Below, one piece after another: positions 38,409 through 47,223 of a stretch of DNA of 64,000 bases. The notes beneath the pieces were generated by a model. It worked only from the letters and a program-made list of their open reading frames with translations, searched no databases and had not been told where the DNA came from. Each line of letters begins with the position of its first letter. Within the stretch, counting starts at the first letter, position 1. Made by a program: the position numbers and the translations under genes. The DNA lies in the NCBI GenBank assembly GCA_027078545.1, contig JALWXN010000004.1, positions 416,001 to 480,000 of the forward strand, read 5' to 3'. The DNA comes from Nitrososphaeria archaeon (GTDB taxonomy: Archaea > Thermoproteota > Nitrososphaeria > Geothermarchaeales > JDFR-13).

Positions 38409-38480
38409 CTAGTTTCGCCCATAGGTTATATAAATAACTCTCTATATGGCTCTGGCCGTATGTAGTGTCCTATCCCTGGG

Positions 38481-38933
38481 CTATGGCACTACTTCGGGGG
38501 TTATGAACCACTCTATCCTCCATCCCCCCTCACTCTTCACCATCTTGGCTACCCCGGAGTATCTGAACCTGATTGGTGGCTCCTCCGTGCCGAGTAGGGC
38601 GGCGACAAGTCTTTCTAGGAAGGGGAGGTGGCCAACGATCATTAATGACCCCTCCTCCCTGTTCAGCCTCTCTGCCCAGGGCTTGGGGTCGTCCCTGGGG
38701 TTTAGCCCCTCGGCCTTCTCAACAGGTGATTCTAGATATTTAGCTAGTATCTCTGCGGTCTCCCTCGCCCTGGTCTTCCCACTATGGAGTATCTTCCCCG
38801 GCTTGGCTCCTATGGAGTAGAGGTATCTAGCGATCCTCTCTGTCTCCATCCTCCCCCTGTCGGTGAGCCTCCTCTCCGGGTCTAGGTCCTCTGGGTATGC
38901 CTCTCCATGCTGGACTAGGTATAGCTCCATCAC
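38481..38933 (-). CDS. sixA: SixA-like phosphohistidine phosphatase
   Basis: LVQHGEA, R.LT, S.KTRA.ETA, VGHLP. Confidence 0.85.
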   Translation of the reverse strand: MMELYLVQHGEAYPEDLDPERRLTDRGRMETERIARYLYSIGAKPGKILHSGKTRARETAEILAKYLESPVEKAEGLNPRDDPKPWAERLNREEGSLMIVGHLPFLERLVAALLGTEEPPIRFRYSGVAKMVKSEGGWRIEWFITPEVVP

Positions 38934-39433
38934 TCCTCACCCAGTATATTACTGATCTTCTCCACGGCCTCTTCAAAGTTTCTGATGTCTCTCCCATACA
39001 TTAGGAAGTTTACCTCGCCAATCCTCCTCCTGATCTCCTCTATGTGGATATCCCTATCGTCTATGTATATGATCCTCTCTGGGGTTATCTCTACGCCCTG
39101 TCTCCCGAGGGTTTGGAGTAGCTTCTCGAGCATCAGGTCTTTACGCGGGGTGTCCTCGGCGGTTATGTAGTGGAATAGCCTGTCTATCCCGAAGGCTCTT
39201 AGAACCTCTACTGCCCTCTCTAGCCTGTTCCAGGATAGTGTGCTTGTGATGGCGCCTCTCCCTAGGGCCCACTCGACTAGGCGTACCATGTCCTGGTTAA
39301 GCCTTATCTCGACGCCATCTGCATCGACCACTATGCCTGGGCCTGTCCTCCTGAAGGGTGGTCTCAGGCTTGATATGTCGTGGTGGTCCCACATAGTCCT
39401 GTCGAGATCCATTAGGAGTAGCCATCTCCTCAT
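38930..39433 (-). CDS. Magnesium-dependent phosphatase-1 (HAD)
   Basis: DLDRTMWDH, SWN, K, YIDDR. Confidence 0.85.
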   Translation of the reverse strand: MRRWLLLMDLDRTMWDHHDISSLRPPFRRTGPGIVVDADGVEIRLNQDMVRLVEWALGRGAITSTLSWNRLERAVEVLRAFGIDRLFHYITAEDTPRKDLMLEKLLQTLGRQGVEITPERIIYIDDRDIHIEEIRRRIGEVNFLMYGRDIRNFEEAVEKISNILGEE

Positions 39434-40173
39434 TCCCTTATCCTCCTATAGTAGAGTATGCTGCTTACTAGTAGGAATACTGTGGAGAATATGGTTAGGC
39501 TCACTATCTTCATGGGGTCTAGTACGCCCTGCTGGAGCACCTCCCTCATGAGGTCTGCACCGTGGCTGACGGGGTTGTAGAGGGCTAGTAGGTATATGGG
39601 TGTAGGGAGGTTTTTCAGGACGTCTATGGGGTAGAAGACGGTGCTGCTGAACATTAGTACGAAGTACATCAGCCCCCTTATCGATATATATGCGTCGAAG
39701 TTCCTCACAACTGTTGCTAGGAATATTGCCAGTGCGCTTATCCCCATCCCGAGCATGAATAGGACTGGTGGTATGTAGATGAGGAGCTCCGGCCTGGGCG
39801 TCGGGCTAAGGGCTATGGCTAGGCCTAGCATGGGGGCTGCGTAGATGAGGCCTCTTATCCCCCCAGCCAGGGGCCTCCCAATTATGATCTCCCACTCCTT
39901 GACTGGTAGGCTTAGTAGGTAGTGGTGGAGCATTCTCCTGATCTCCGCGGAGACCTCCCTGCCTATGGTGAATGCTGAGGCGAATAGGGCTAGTATGGCT
40001 ATCCCTGGTAGGACGAACTTGAAGTACTCGAGCCTCGTGACCATCCGGGAGAATACTATTGCGAGTATGAATAGGTCGGCTAGGTTCATGCTTATGAGGC
40101 CGGCCATCCACCAGCGGTACTTGAAGAAGTTCCTCACGTCCCTCTCGACTATTAGGTGGAGCTTCGTGTTCAT
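39430..40173 (-). CDS. ABC-2 type permease
   Basis: FSSTVFYP, NPVSH. Start ATG 40173 overlaps the upstream stop. Confidence 0.88.
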   Translation of the reverse strand: MNTKLHLIVERDVRNFFKYRWWMAGLISMNLADLFILAIVFSRMVTRLEYFKFVLPGIAILALFASAFTIGREVSAEIRRMLHHYLLSLPVKEWEIIIGRPLAGGIRGLIYAAPMLGLAIALSPTPRPELLIYIPPVLFMLGMGISALAIFLATVVRNFDAYISIRGLMYFVLMFSSTVFYPIDVLKNLPTPIYLLALYNPVSHGADLMREVLQQGVLDPMKIVSLTIFSTVFLLVSSILYYRRIRE

Positions 40174-40928
40174 GATGTCCAGCCCCCACCCTCCATCCTC
40201 TTCTCGTAGAGGTATATCCCTATGCTGGTCATGGAGACCATGAAGGCTAGGAGCATGACCATGGAGAAGGTTGGGTCTCCCTCGTATGGTAGGCCGAGTG
40301 CCCATCTAAACACTTCTGATGCGTGGGTCAACGGGTTTACCGCGGCTGCTGCTGAGTAGGCCTCGGGCATGAATTCGCGGGGGTAGAACACTGTGCTGAG
40401 CCGTATGACGAAGGCGTCTAGCGCTCCTAGGAGTATGTCTGTCTTCGCCCCGCTCTTCAGTAGGCTGACTATGGTTATGGCTAGGCCTGCCACTCCGAAG
40501 GATAGTAGTGCCAATCCTGCTACTGCGCTTATCAATGTATAGGGGTTCCTCACCCCTACGTAGAGGAGGGTTATGACTAGTGGGGGTGCAGTTGCTGCTA
40601 GGCTCCTCAGCCCCCCTCCTATAGCTCTCCCGATTATCAGTATGTTCCTATTTATGGGGAGGCTTAGTAGGTAGTCCACCACGCCGTGCTCGGCCTCCTC
40701 TGATATGTCTACCGCCACGAACATCGCTGCTGAGTATAGTGTCGCCACGTATATCCCGGCTGCGTAGTAGTTTATATAGCCCTCGAGGACGACTAGCTGG
40801 GAGATCGCTAGGCCGAATATCGCTATCTGTATCCCGAACCATAGCCAGCGTATGATGAGGAATAGTCTATACTCTATCAGGAGGCGGAAGTCCCTCTCCA
40901 CAACTAGGAGTAGGTGGCGCAGGATCAC
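40170..40928 (-). CDS. ABC-2 type permease
   Basis: LSTVFYP..MP, NPLTH; hydrophobic. Confidence 0.88.
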   Translation of the reverse strand: MILRHLLLVVERDFRLLIEYRLFLIIRWLWFGIQIAIFGLAISQLVVLEGYINYYAAGIYVATLYSAAMFVAVDISEEAEHGVVDYLLSLPINRNILIIGRAIGGGLRSLAATAPPLVITLLYVGVRNPYTLISAVAGLALLSFGVAGLAITIVSLLKSGAKTDILLGALDAFVIRLSTVFYPREFMPEAYSAAAAVNPLTHASEVFRWALGLPYEGDPTFSMVMLLAFMVSMTSIGIYLYEKRMEGGGWTS

Positions 40929-41884
40929 TCCTCCTTCACCAGCTTCACGCCCGTATAGTGTAGGAAGACGTCGTCTAGGGTCGGCTCCCTCATATCGACC
41001 CTCTTGACCCTGTATCCGCTCTCCATGAGCATTGCCAGTATACGTGGCAGGACCTCCTCCACCCTGTTTAGATACATCCTTATCCTCTGGTTCATACGTC
41101 TAACCTCGACTATCTCCGGCTCCGCCTCTATCCTCCTGATTATCTCGTTGCTGGGGGGCCTGTCGAGATCTATCTCTAGGACGTCTCCACCGGGTATCGT
41201 GTCCTTGAGCTCCTGTGGCGTCCCGAGGGCGGCTATCCTCCCCCTATATATGATTCCAACCCTGTCTGAGAGGACGTCCGCCTCGTATAGCTCGTTCGTC
41301 GCCAGGATTATGGTTGATCCCTCGTCCCTCAGCTCCTTTATCATCTCCCATATCATGTGCTTGCCAGAGACGTCTATCTGGGCGGTGGGCTCGTCGAAGA
41401 TCGCTAGTCTGGGCCTCTGGATGAAGACCTTGGCTATCTCAACTCTCTTCCTCATCCCCCCGCTTAGCTCGAAGGCCCTCTTCCTCCTGGCCTCCCACAT
41501 GTCGAACCTGGTGAGGACCTCCTTCACAACGTTCCTAGCCTCGCTGCTTGAGTATCCACATACCCTTGCGTGCCAGTATAGGATCTCGTAGGGTGTGTGT
41601 ACCCAGTAGAGCTTTGGGTCTTGGAAGGCTATCCCGACCATCTGCCTTACACGGTCGGGATCCTTTCTTATATCGACTCCATATACATAGGCTGTGCCCT
41701 CGCTCGGCCTTAGGACGGTGGTTATCATGAGGAGTGTCGTCGACTTCCCAGCCCCGTTGGGGCCTAGGAAGCCGAATATCTCCCTATCATATATCTCTAG
41801 GTTTAGATGATCCACAGCTAGGAACTTACCATAATACTTTGTCAGGTTGACCAGTTTTACGGCTACACCCCCATTTATGCTCAT
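40925..41884 (-). CDS. ABC exporter ATP-binding subunit (DrrA-like)
   Basis: GPNGAGKST, LSGGM, FDEPT, EPTLDDVFL..TG. Confidence 0.92.
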   Translation of the reverse strand: MSINGGVAVKLVNLTKYYGKFLAVDHLNLEIYDREIFGFLGPNGAGKSTTLLMITTVLRPSEGTAYVYGVDIRKDPDRVRQMVGIAFQDPKLYWVHTPYEILYWHARVCGYSSSEARNVVKEVLTRFDMWEARRKRAFELSGGMRKRVEIAKVFIQRPRLAIFDEPTAQIDVSGKHMIWEMIKELRDEGSTIILATNELYEADVLSDRVGIIYRGRIAALGTPQELKDTIPGGDVLEIDLDRPPSNEIIRRIEAEPEIVEVRRMNQRIRMYLNRVEEVLPRILAMLMESGYRVKRVDMREPTLDDVFLHYTGVKLVKEE

Positions 41885-41944
41885 CCCTACCCGCCAAAGA
41901 AAATTGATGGGGGGTGGTGTAACTATATATAGTTCTCCCCATCA

Positions 41945-42460
41945 CTAGGTCAGCTCCCCCTTCACTGGGACGGGGTTGGATACGCAGTATACTCCGGGGC
42001 ATCTATACATGGCCTCGTCCAGTATCTCCTGGAGGACCTCCCTGGGGGCGCCCTCCGCCTCAACCTTGATCGTCACGCCTTCCGAGATCGGGTCGTCACC
42101 TAGGCCTAGTGGCCTACGCAGGTTTATCCTCGACTCGGCCCTTATCCGTAGCTTGGTCAGCCTGACACCCTTCTCCACGGCTATGCCTACATAGGTCTGG
42201 GCGAAGCATGCTATTAGGCCTGATAGGCAGTACTGTACCGGGTCTGGAGCGAGGCCTGACCCACCCATCTTTGTTGGGCTGTCCGCTATGAGTGTGGTCT
42301 CCCCCTTCTCATACTTGGCGTAGATCCTGAACTGTGGCTCGCCATCCCTGAATATCCACTCACCCTCCACCGCCTTGGTAACCCTCGGGTCGGCGGCGCC
42401 GCTCCCTATCTCCTCCACCAGCTTCTTGACGGCCTCTACATCCACGTTGTTGAGCCTCAT
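41945..42460 (-). CDS. OsmC-family protein
   Basis: AD.P..MGG.G.APDP....GLIAC and second Cys in RCP. Confidence 0.85.
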   Translation of the reverse strand: MRLNNVDVEAVKKLVEEIGSGAADPRVTKAVEGEWIFRDGEPQFRIYAKYEKGETTLIADSPTKMGGSGLAPDPVQYCLSGLIACFAQTYVGIAVEKGVRLTKLRIRAESRINLRRPLGLGDDPISEGVTIKVEAEGAPREVLQEILDEAMYRCPGVYCVSNPVPVKGELT

Positions 42461-42569
42461 GTTCTGATAAGGGATGCATGTAGATTCTAAACTAGGTATA
42501 TATCTACCCCCCGAGCTATAGGGCTATGGATAGGTGGGTAGTCTGTATAGTCCCGGGTGATCGATAGTT

Positions 42570-43667
42570 ATGTCGAGTCTAAAGGCTCTAGGTGAGGCCC
42601 TGAAGTTCTGCAATACATCTGTGGATCTGGGTAGGGTTAATCCTGTGGTTCGCTTCCTGGTATCGGCCAGGATATGTGTGGTCTTCATGACGATATATGC
42701 GGTCTCTATAGGTGGTCTCCTAGCGTATCTAGCTGGTTCCTTCGACCCACTCCTGTTTACGGTGATACTTATCCTATTCGTCCTCCTACACCTCGCGGAT
42801 AACCTCCTCAACGACCTGAGCGACTATGGCAAGGGTATTGATACCGCTGGATATGTAAGGGTCTCCTATGCTCCCCACCCCGTTATGCAGGGCCTCCTCT
42901 CGACGGGGGTGATCAAGGGCTATGTTGCGGCCTCACTCCTGGCATCTGCCCTACTAGCTCTCTACCTAGGTCTTACGAGGTCTCCACTCGTCCCAATATT
43001 GGCTGGGATAGGCGGCTTCATAATGCTTGGGTATAGCGGTATACCAATCGACCTTAAGAGGCTGGGCCTGGGTGAGGTCGGGGTATTCATAGTATGGGGC
43101 GTGGTGATGGCTGGAGGTACGTATACGGCTCTGACTGGTATGCCCCCAATCATCGAGGCGCTTGTATACACCCCCTATGGTATTGTGGTCTCCCTTGTCC
43201 TGATAGGTAAGCATCTCGATAAGTATGAGATGGATCGTGAGAAGGGTGTTAAGACCCTACCGGTCAGGCTGGGTATGGATAGGACACTCTTCATGGCTAG
43301 GGTGATGAGTATTTCCGCACCCCTCCTAGCCGCGGCCGGGATCTACCTATACACTGGTAATCCCCTGGCACTGCTGAGCCTACTTGCATACCCAGCCTCC
43401 TATACTGCGTATAGGGCCTTCACCCTGGGTAGGCCGAGGGAGAGGCTGGCTGAGTGGAGGATATGGCCCCTCTGGTTCGCGGCCTGGAGCTATCTCGCCC
43501 TCGACGCACTGGGGAGGTATATAGTGGCGAGCCTATTATCGATAGCCCTATACCTCTCAATGGGTGCACTGGCATCTGGCATATTGGCGGGGCTCACAGT
43601 CCTGATGGGGTATAAGGATCTTAAGGCGTCTAGGTGGTATATCGAGAGGTTCCTAAGTGGCTGGTGA
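42570..43667 (+). CDS. UbiA-superfamily prenyltransferase (MenA-like)
   Basis: NLLNDLSDY.KGID, LGLGE, D.EKGVKTLPVRLG. Confidence 0.85.
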   Translation: MSSLKALGEALKFCNTSVDLGRVNPVVRFLVSARICVVFMTIYAVSIGGLLAYLAGSFDPLLFTVILILFVLLHLADNLLNDLSDYGKGIDTAGYVRVSYAPHPVMQGLLSTGVIKGYVAASLLASALLALYLGLTRSPLVPILAGIGGFIMLGYSGIPIDLKRLGLGEVGVFIVWGVVMAGGTYTALTGMPPIIEALVYTPYGIVVSLVLIGKHLDKYEMDREKGVKTLPVRLGMDRTLFMARVMSISAPLLAAAGIYLYTGNPLALLSLLAYPASYTAYRAFTLGRPRERLAEWRIWPLWFAAWSYLALDALGRYIVASLLSIALYLSMGALASGILAGLTVLMGYKDLKASRWYIERFLSGW

Positions 43668-44293
43668 TGGGCTTCACAACCTATCTCCGCCAGAACCTGG
43701 GGGGCATCCTTCTATACATCTCCCTAGCTATACTCACGTGGAGGATACATGACTATCTACACCTCCTCCTGGGTATGGAGGTCGTGGGCTTCGAGTCGTA
43801 TATAGGGGCTGGGGATCCGATCCCATCTATACTCCCTTTGGTCTTCACAGCCATGGTGGCACTTGTGGGCGCCGTCCTGGTGGCTAGGGCGTCGGGTCTC
43901 CTAATGGTTGCGGGGTACTACCTCATACTCTTCAACTCAACGGTTAACCTACTAGTCCTGCCACGGTATCTAGTCCCCCTCGGTGGGCCCTATGGATTGG
44001 AGGCTCTGGCTAGGCTGGGCGTCTCACTCCCCCTTATCCCCCTATTGATCCTTGTCTCTAGGATGCCTAGGCTCGGCCTCAAGCCTAGCTGTGCATTCTG
44101 GCTCTCCGTATTGACCCTGGCTACGGTGGCTGGTGGCGTCTTCCTGGGCATCGCTACGTGGATCCTCTATGAGACGGGTTTCTGCGAACCGTTGGCAGGG
44201 ATGCTTAGCTGTGGCGTCGCCTTCGACATTGGGGCATTGTTGATACTCCCGCCAGCCACTCGGTGGGCCCTGGCCAGGTGGCTATCGGACTAG
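43664..44293 (+). CDS. Hypothetical membrane protein
   Basis: Multiple hydrophobic segments; GTGA overlap with the upstream stop. Confidence 0.6.
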   Translation: MMGFTTYLRQNLGGILLYISLAILTWRIHDYLHLLLGMEVVGFESYIGAGDPIPSILPLVFTAMVALVGAVLVARASGLLMVAGYYLILFNSTVNLLVLPRYLVPLGGPYGLEALARLGVSLPLIPLLILVSRMPRLGLKPSCAFWLSVLTLATVAGGVFLGIATWILYETGFCEPLAGMLSCGVAFDIGALLILPPATRWALARWLSD

Positions 44294-45033
44294 CGCCTCT
44301 TCTCTATAAACCGCTTCATAAGTTCCTGGGCCTCACTGGTGGCCATTAGCCTGGCCAGCTCCTCCTCTGCCTCGGGGTCTATCAACATGGCCTTATACCT
44401 ATTGACTATCCTCTTTATACTCCTAAGGGTCTCCAGGGGTATCCCCAGCGTCTCCCTAGCAATCTCCACCGCCCTGGCCACTGGGTCCTCGCTTATCTCG
44501 TCGATCAGCCCTATGGATAGTGCCTCCTCGCTCGTGAGCCTCCTACCGGTCAGGCTGAGGTAGATGCTCCTCCTAAGCCCTATGACGGATGGCCCGGCCG
44601 ATAGCATCAAGGGTGGTGAGAGGCCTATATATGCCTCTGGCACGGAGAATGTTGATCTCGGTGAGGCTACCACGCCGTCCATCAGGAGGAGTATCTCACA
44701 TCCAGCCCCGAATGCATAGCCGTCAACGGCTGCGAATATCGGTGTCTCGTAGCTGGCCACCGCCTCCAGTAGGGGCTTTATCAGGCCCATGACGATGTAT
44801 CGGGTGTCCCTGATGTCTCTGGCCTCGGCCATCATGTAGATATCGTCTCCAGCCGAGAATGCCCTCCCGCTCCCCGTCACGACTGCTGGGTACTTCCCAC
44901 TATACCTCCTAAGTATCCTTGTAAGCTCTATCCACATCTCCTCGTCCAATGCGTTGAGCTTCTCCGGCCTGTTGAGGGTTATCCTGAGCACCCCATCCTC
45001 GACACTGTGTAGGACCTTCCCGGTCATACACAT
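44290..45033 (-). CDS. Enoyl-CoA hydratase/isomerase family
   Basis: LNRPEKLNAL, AFSAGDDI, GYAFGAGCE, PEA.IG. Confidence 0.9.
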   Translation of the reverse strand: MCMTGKVLHSVEDGVLRITLNRPEKLNALDEEMWIELTRILRRYSGKYPAVVTGSGRAFSAGDDIYMMAEARDIRDTRYIVMGLIKPLLEAVASYETPIFAAVDGYAFGAGCEILLLMDGVVASPRSTFSVPEAYIGLSPPLMLSAGPSVIGLRRSIYLSLTGRRLTSEEALSIGLIDEISEDPVARAVEIARETLGIPLETLRSIKRIVNRYKAMLIDPEAEEELARLMATSEAQELMKRFIEKRR

Positions 45034-45114
45034 ATATTCAGGAGCCAGCTGGGATAAGCTCTAGCCCCAGCGTTATAGCTACGGGGCCATATTATGGTGT
45101 AGGGGGTGTAGAGG

Positions 45115-45531
45115 GTGGCCAGGTTCCCCTCGATGGAGTGGGCCGAGGAGTTCTGCCGCGAGGTCAACGGATCGGAGGAGTATCGGCGGGCTGCGAAGGG
45201 ATGGGTATGGCCGATACTATTCATAGTCGAGGATATCCCCGAGGACGTCCTCCCTGAGGGGCCTAGGAGGCTAGGCCTATACGTGGATCTTGAGGATGGG
45301 GCCTGTAAAGGTGTCTCGCTGGTGGAGGATCCTGACTCTGTGGATGCTCCCTTCGTGATAGCGGCTCCGTATAGGGAGTGGGTAGAGCTTATCAGGGGTG
45401 GCCTAGACCCTATCAAGGCCCTAGTCACTAGGAGGCTCCGCCTCGTCAAGGGGAGCTTCTCCACCGTTCTTAGATATCCCAAGGCAGCTATCGAGCTTGT
45501 ACGCCTTGCCCAGGAGGTGGGTCTGGAGTGA
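45115..45531 (+). CDS. SCP2 sterol/lipid-binding domain protein
   Basis: FPS.EW, W..LI.G.LDPIKAL...L.L.KG. Confidence 0.8.
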   Translation: MARFPSMEWAEEFCREVNGSEEYRRAAKGWVWPILFIVEDIPEDVLPEGPRRLGLYVDLEDGACKGVSLVEDPDSVDAPFVIAAPYREWVELIRGGLDPIKALVTRRLRLVKGSFSTVLRYPKAAIELVRLAQEVGLE

Positions 45532-46589
45532 AGGCAGCAGTCCTCCATGGATATGGGGAGGAGCTAGTAATTGAGGAGGTAGATGTCCCTAGGCCCCGTG
45601 GGGAGGAGGTCTTGATAAGGGTTAGGGGTGCAGGGGTATGCCACAGCGACCTACACCTGATGGATGGGGAGTTTGGGGATGAGCTCCCAGCGACCTTTCC
45701 ACTTGTCCTTGGCCATGAGGTCTCAGGCGTTGTCGAGGAGGCTGGTGAGGCGGCCTCTCTCCAGGTGTCGCCGGGTGACGAGGTCCTTGTATACAGCTTC
45801 TACTGTATGGGTGAGGATAGATACTCGGTGAAGGGGCTGCACCAGATCTGTGGCCTTAGGACGCCGGCAGGGGTTGTAATGTTCAATGGGGGCTTCGCCG
45901 AGTATATGCTGGTCCCCAGCTATAGATATCTCGTCCGTGTCAACGGCATCAAGGATTTGGAGTCCGCGGCTATACTTGCTGATGCTGGGCTGACCGCCTA
46001 TAGGGCTGTTAAGAAGGCGGCTAGGTATCTCGACCCAGACGAGCCGATACTGATAGTCGGTCTTGGAGGGACCGGCCTATTTGGACTAGCAGTAGCTAGG
46101 CTCCTCCTCCCGAACCCCGTAGTGGCTGTGGATATTAATCCGAGGAAGGTTGAGCAGGCCGCCGAGATAGTTGGGCTTAGGGAGGGGATCGACCACCTTA
46201 TAGACGGGTCCAGCACCGATCCTAGGAGGGAGGTTCTGACCCTGCTAGACGGCTCGTCTCCCAAGGCTGTTATAGACTTCGTGGGGCTGGAGAAGACTAT
46301 TGAGGACTATCTACCCCTAGTGGCTCCTGAGGGGGTCTATGTACTGGTGGGCCTTGGGAGTAGGTATGGACCCCGGATACCTAGCCACCACATGATTATT
46401 AACGAGGTGACCCTCACGACGGTGCTCTACGGGAGCCTCCCCGACCTACATGAGCTTGCCTCCCTGGGCCTGAAGGGATTGATACCCTATTGGAGGATGA
46501 CTGAGAAGGTTGGGTTAGACGAGATTAACGAGGCCTTCAGAAGGCTTAGGGAGGGGAGGGCGATGAAGAGGCAGATAGTCGTCCCCTAG
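45528..46589 (+). CDS. Zn-dependent alcohol dehydrogenase (MDR)
   Basis: GVCHSDLH, GHE, DAGLT.Y, GLGGTG. The structural Zn site appears only partly conserved. Confidence 0.9.
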   Translation: MKAAVLHGYGEELVIEEVDVPRPRGEEVLIRVRGAGVCHSDLHLMDGEFGDELPATFPLVLGHEVSGVVEEAGEAASLQVSPGDEVLVYSFYCMGEDRYSVKGLHQICGLRTPAGVVMFNGGFAEYMLVPSYRYLVRVNGIKDLESAAILADAGLTAYRAVKKAARYLDPDEPILIVGLGGTGLFGLAVARLLLPNPVVAVDINPRKVEQAAEIVGLREGIDHLIDGSSTDPRREVLTLLDGSSPKAVIDFVGLEKTIEDYLPLVAPEGVYVLVGLGSRYGPRIPSHHMIINEVTLTTVLYGSLPDLHELASLGLKGLIPYWRMTEKVGLDEINEAFRRLREGRAMKRQIVVP

Positions 46590-46595
46590 CCCCTC

Positions 46596-47150
46596 CTACT
46601 CCTTCTCCGCCTCCCTATGTAGCTCGCCCAGTAGCTTGGAGACCTCCTCCATCTTGAGGGCCTTGCCCACAGCACCCTTGAACGTCTCGAGTATGACGTG
46701 CTCGATGAAGTGCTGGGTGTAGCAGTAGGGACATGGCTTTAGGCTCTTAGCAACGCTTATAAGCTCGTCCCTCCTCCTATCCACAAGCTTCTTAATAGCC
46801 TTGACGACCTCTGGGGACACCTCATCTATCAGGGGCTGGATAAGCTCAGATATGTCCTCTGGCTCCTCATATAGATAGACGTTCTTGGAAGGCGCGTAGT
46901 ACTTCAGTACGCCTCCCCTAACCTCCTCCACCTTGACCAGCCTGATCAGCCCACTATCCCTGAGGACCTTCAGGTGATACCTGATCGCGTTTATACTCTT
47001 GTTGATCCCCCTCCTCCTCAGCTCCTCCTGGATGTCCTGTACACTCATGGGTCTCTCGCTGAGCATGTCGAGGATAGCGACCCTCACGTGGTCTGAGAGG
47101 GCCTTCACCTCGTCCAGCCTGAATACGTGGGGTATACTCATCCTATGCAC
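46596..47150 (-). CDS. ArsR-like winged-helix regulator with C-terminal CPYC
   Basis: KALS..VR..IL..L, YHLKVL..SGLI, LKPCPYC..QH; divergent from copA. Confidence 0.82.
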   Translation of the reverse strand: MHRMSIPHVFRLDEVKALSDHVRVAILDMLSERPMSVQDIQEELRRRGINKSINAIRYHLKVLRDSGLIRLVKVEEVRGGVLKYYAPSKNVYLYEEPEDISELIQPLIDEVSPEVVKAIKKLVDRRRDELISVAKSLKPCPYCYTQHFIEHVILETFKGAVGKALKMEEVSKLLGELHREAEKE

Positions 47151-47181
47151 CTCGCCACTAAATCTGTGTCCCGTGAAAAAA

Positions 47182-47214
47182 TTTATATACCACTACAAAC
47201 CTATTTGTAGTGGT
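47182..47214 (+). promoter_or_regulatory. copA promoter TATA box plus 11-4-11 operator palindrome
   Basis: TTTATATA 47182-47189 then ACCACTACAAA-ccta-TTTGTAGTGGT 47189-47214. Confidence 0.75.
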
Positions 47215-47223
47215 TGTCCAGAG

